DNA from: an uncultured Alphaproteobacteria bacterium
Lineage (GTDB): Bacteria; Pseudomonadota; Alphaproteobacteria; Methylaequorales; Methylaequoraceae
NCBI GenBank assembly: GCA_902563305.1
Contig: CACEWP010000005.1
Coordinates: 4,211-68,210 of the forward strand
Direction of reading: 5' to 3'
Length of the DNA: 64,000 nucleotides
The notes below the pieces were generated by a model, which searched no databases, was not told the DNA's origin, and worked only from the letters and a program-made list of their open reading frames with translations. Shown in pieces: positions 63,139 through 64,000 of the stretch (positions within the stretch are counted from its first letter, which is position 1; each line of letters opens with the position of its first letter). A program made the position numbers and the translations under genes.

Positions 63139-63468
63139 TTGAAGGTGGGGTATTTCAATCCCAACATTGAAAAAATTGATATAAATTTCTCTTTAAATTT
63201 CAAAATAAATTCTCACCAAACCTACAGTATATCTAGTTATCAAAGACTTTTACTTGACCTCATTAAGGTGAAATTAAATGAGGGATTTAACTACCATCAG
63301 GTAGGTCAATTTTTACACATCAATGGATACAAAACCACCCGGAATAAACAATTCACTGGAAGACATGTTGAGAGGATTATTAAGAAGTATAGTGTGTTTA
63401 TAAGGAACAAAACTCGATACCATCAGTCAATATTAAGGGGTTTATGTGTATCTATAAGGTGGTTATAA
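63139..63468 (+). pseudogene. Recombinase-domain-like ORF without an ATG start (possible serine-recombinase/integrase remnant or small DNA-binding protein)
   Basis: Open frame from 3 nt after the glmS stop, with only TTG/GTG starts available. LNEGFNYHQVGQFLHINGYKTTRNKQFTGRHVERIIKKYS resembles the 'L...G.....G..W....V..IL.N' block of large serine recombinases. Confidence 0.35.
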
Positions 63469-63507
63469 GGAAAATAGGGGAATCTTTAAGGGAGGTTTAA
63501 GTAGTTT
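63453..63507. repeat. Array 1 of 11-bp phased TA(A/G)GG-type repeats (5 units)
   Basis: Units are tataaggtggt|tataaggaaaa|taggggaatct|ttaagggaggt|ttaagtagttt, spaced exactly 11 nt apart. Confidence 0.7.
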
Positions 63508-63537
63508 ATAATCAAAATAGTGTATTTTTGTTTAAAA

Positions 63538-63592
63538 TAGGGGAAACTTTAAGGAAGTCATAAGGAAGTTATAGGGGAGTTATGAGAGATTT
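63538..63592. repeat. Array 2 of 11-bp phased TA(A/G)GG-type repeats (4-5 units)
   Basis: Units are taggggaaact|ttaaggaagtc|ataaggaagtt|ataggggagtt|atgagagattt. The first 22 nt nearly repeat 63475-63496. Confidence 0.7.
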
Positions 63593-63649
63593 TACAAAAG
63601 TGATTTTAATCGATATTCTTATATTTGGATCATTATGGATTTTTTTTAA

Positions 63650-64000
63650 ATGAAAAAACTACACTTTAAAATATATAGATACATTTTAAGTAGATCATAT
63701 CCGTTTGACCATTGGTTGGTAATATTGACCTCATACTTTAACCTTTGGTTTTATTCTATAATTTTTTCATCAATCTTTTGTTTTATTTTTGAAACTACAT
63801 TTGTTGAATATATGAAGTTTTATTTTGTTTTTAATTTTTTATTTATGATTATTTATATTTTTTATTCCTATAAACTTGAATTCTTTAAATTAGTTTTTCA
63901 TACATTTGATCAACTATTTAGAATGACTATTGGAAGACTATTTGGGTTAAAACCAATAGATTATAATTACAAACCATTTGATCAAAGAAAATATTATGGA
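63650..64000 (+). CDS. 5' part of a hydrophobic membrane protein gene, running off the window
   Basis: ATG at 63650, open for 117 codons to the window end (MKKLHFKIYRYILSRSYPFDHWLVILTSYFNLWFYSIIF...). Confidence 0.4.
   Translation, partial: MKKLHFKIYRYILSRSYPFDHWLVILTSYFNLWFYSIIFSSIFCFIFETTFVEYMKFYFVFNFLFMIIYIFYSYKLEFFKLVFHTFDQLFRMTIGRLFGLKPIDYNYKPFDQRKYYG

Overview
The window is strongly AT-rich and very gene-dense, with many 1-4 nt stop/start overlaps. The two-piece (permuted) tmRNA gene and the gene content suggest a streamlined marine alphaproteobacterium, SAR11/Pelagibacterales-like; that taxonomic call is inference. Most of the window is core housekeeping: thyX, mrp, hflKC-degP, miaA, ilvBNC-leuA, mreBCD-mrdA-rodA, apt, ubiB/ispB, glyQS, ygfZ, an LPS-core-type glycosyltransferase cluster with an asnB-like gene, pyrC, dcd, murA, hisGD, infA, maf, tRNA-Phe, tsaC and glmUS. 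Seven things stand out. (1) A perfect tRNA-type cloverleaf with atypical D and T loops (anticodon GGU, encoded ACCA) ends 2 nt before the ATG of a DAACS transporter, and its 3' acceptor strand contains the gene's Shine-Dalgarno sequence. (2) A translationally coupled five-gene envelope operon starts with a MotA/ExbB-like channel and an ExbD-like anchor fused to a non-ExbD beta domain. (3) An unannotated 49-aa peptide with 14 cysteines (metallothionein-like) has its own promoter and SD. (4) That peptide lies next to a Zur-linked MacB-type ABC system whose permease carries a His-rich periplasmic insert and is followed by a DUF3299 protein. (5) An accessory-looking block (peptide, ORFan, FkbM methyltransferase) sits beside ssrA. 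(6) Directly downstream of glmS there is a start-less recombinase-like ORF followed by two arrays of 11-bp helically phased TA(A/G)GG repeats. (7) Several short ORFs fall below the 60-aa cutoff of the supplied track. No CRISPR array, rRNA or intact IS element was seen.
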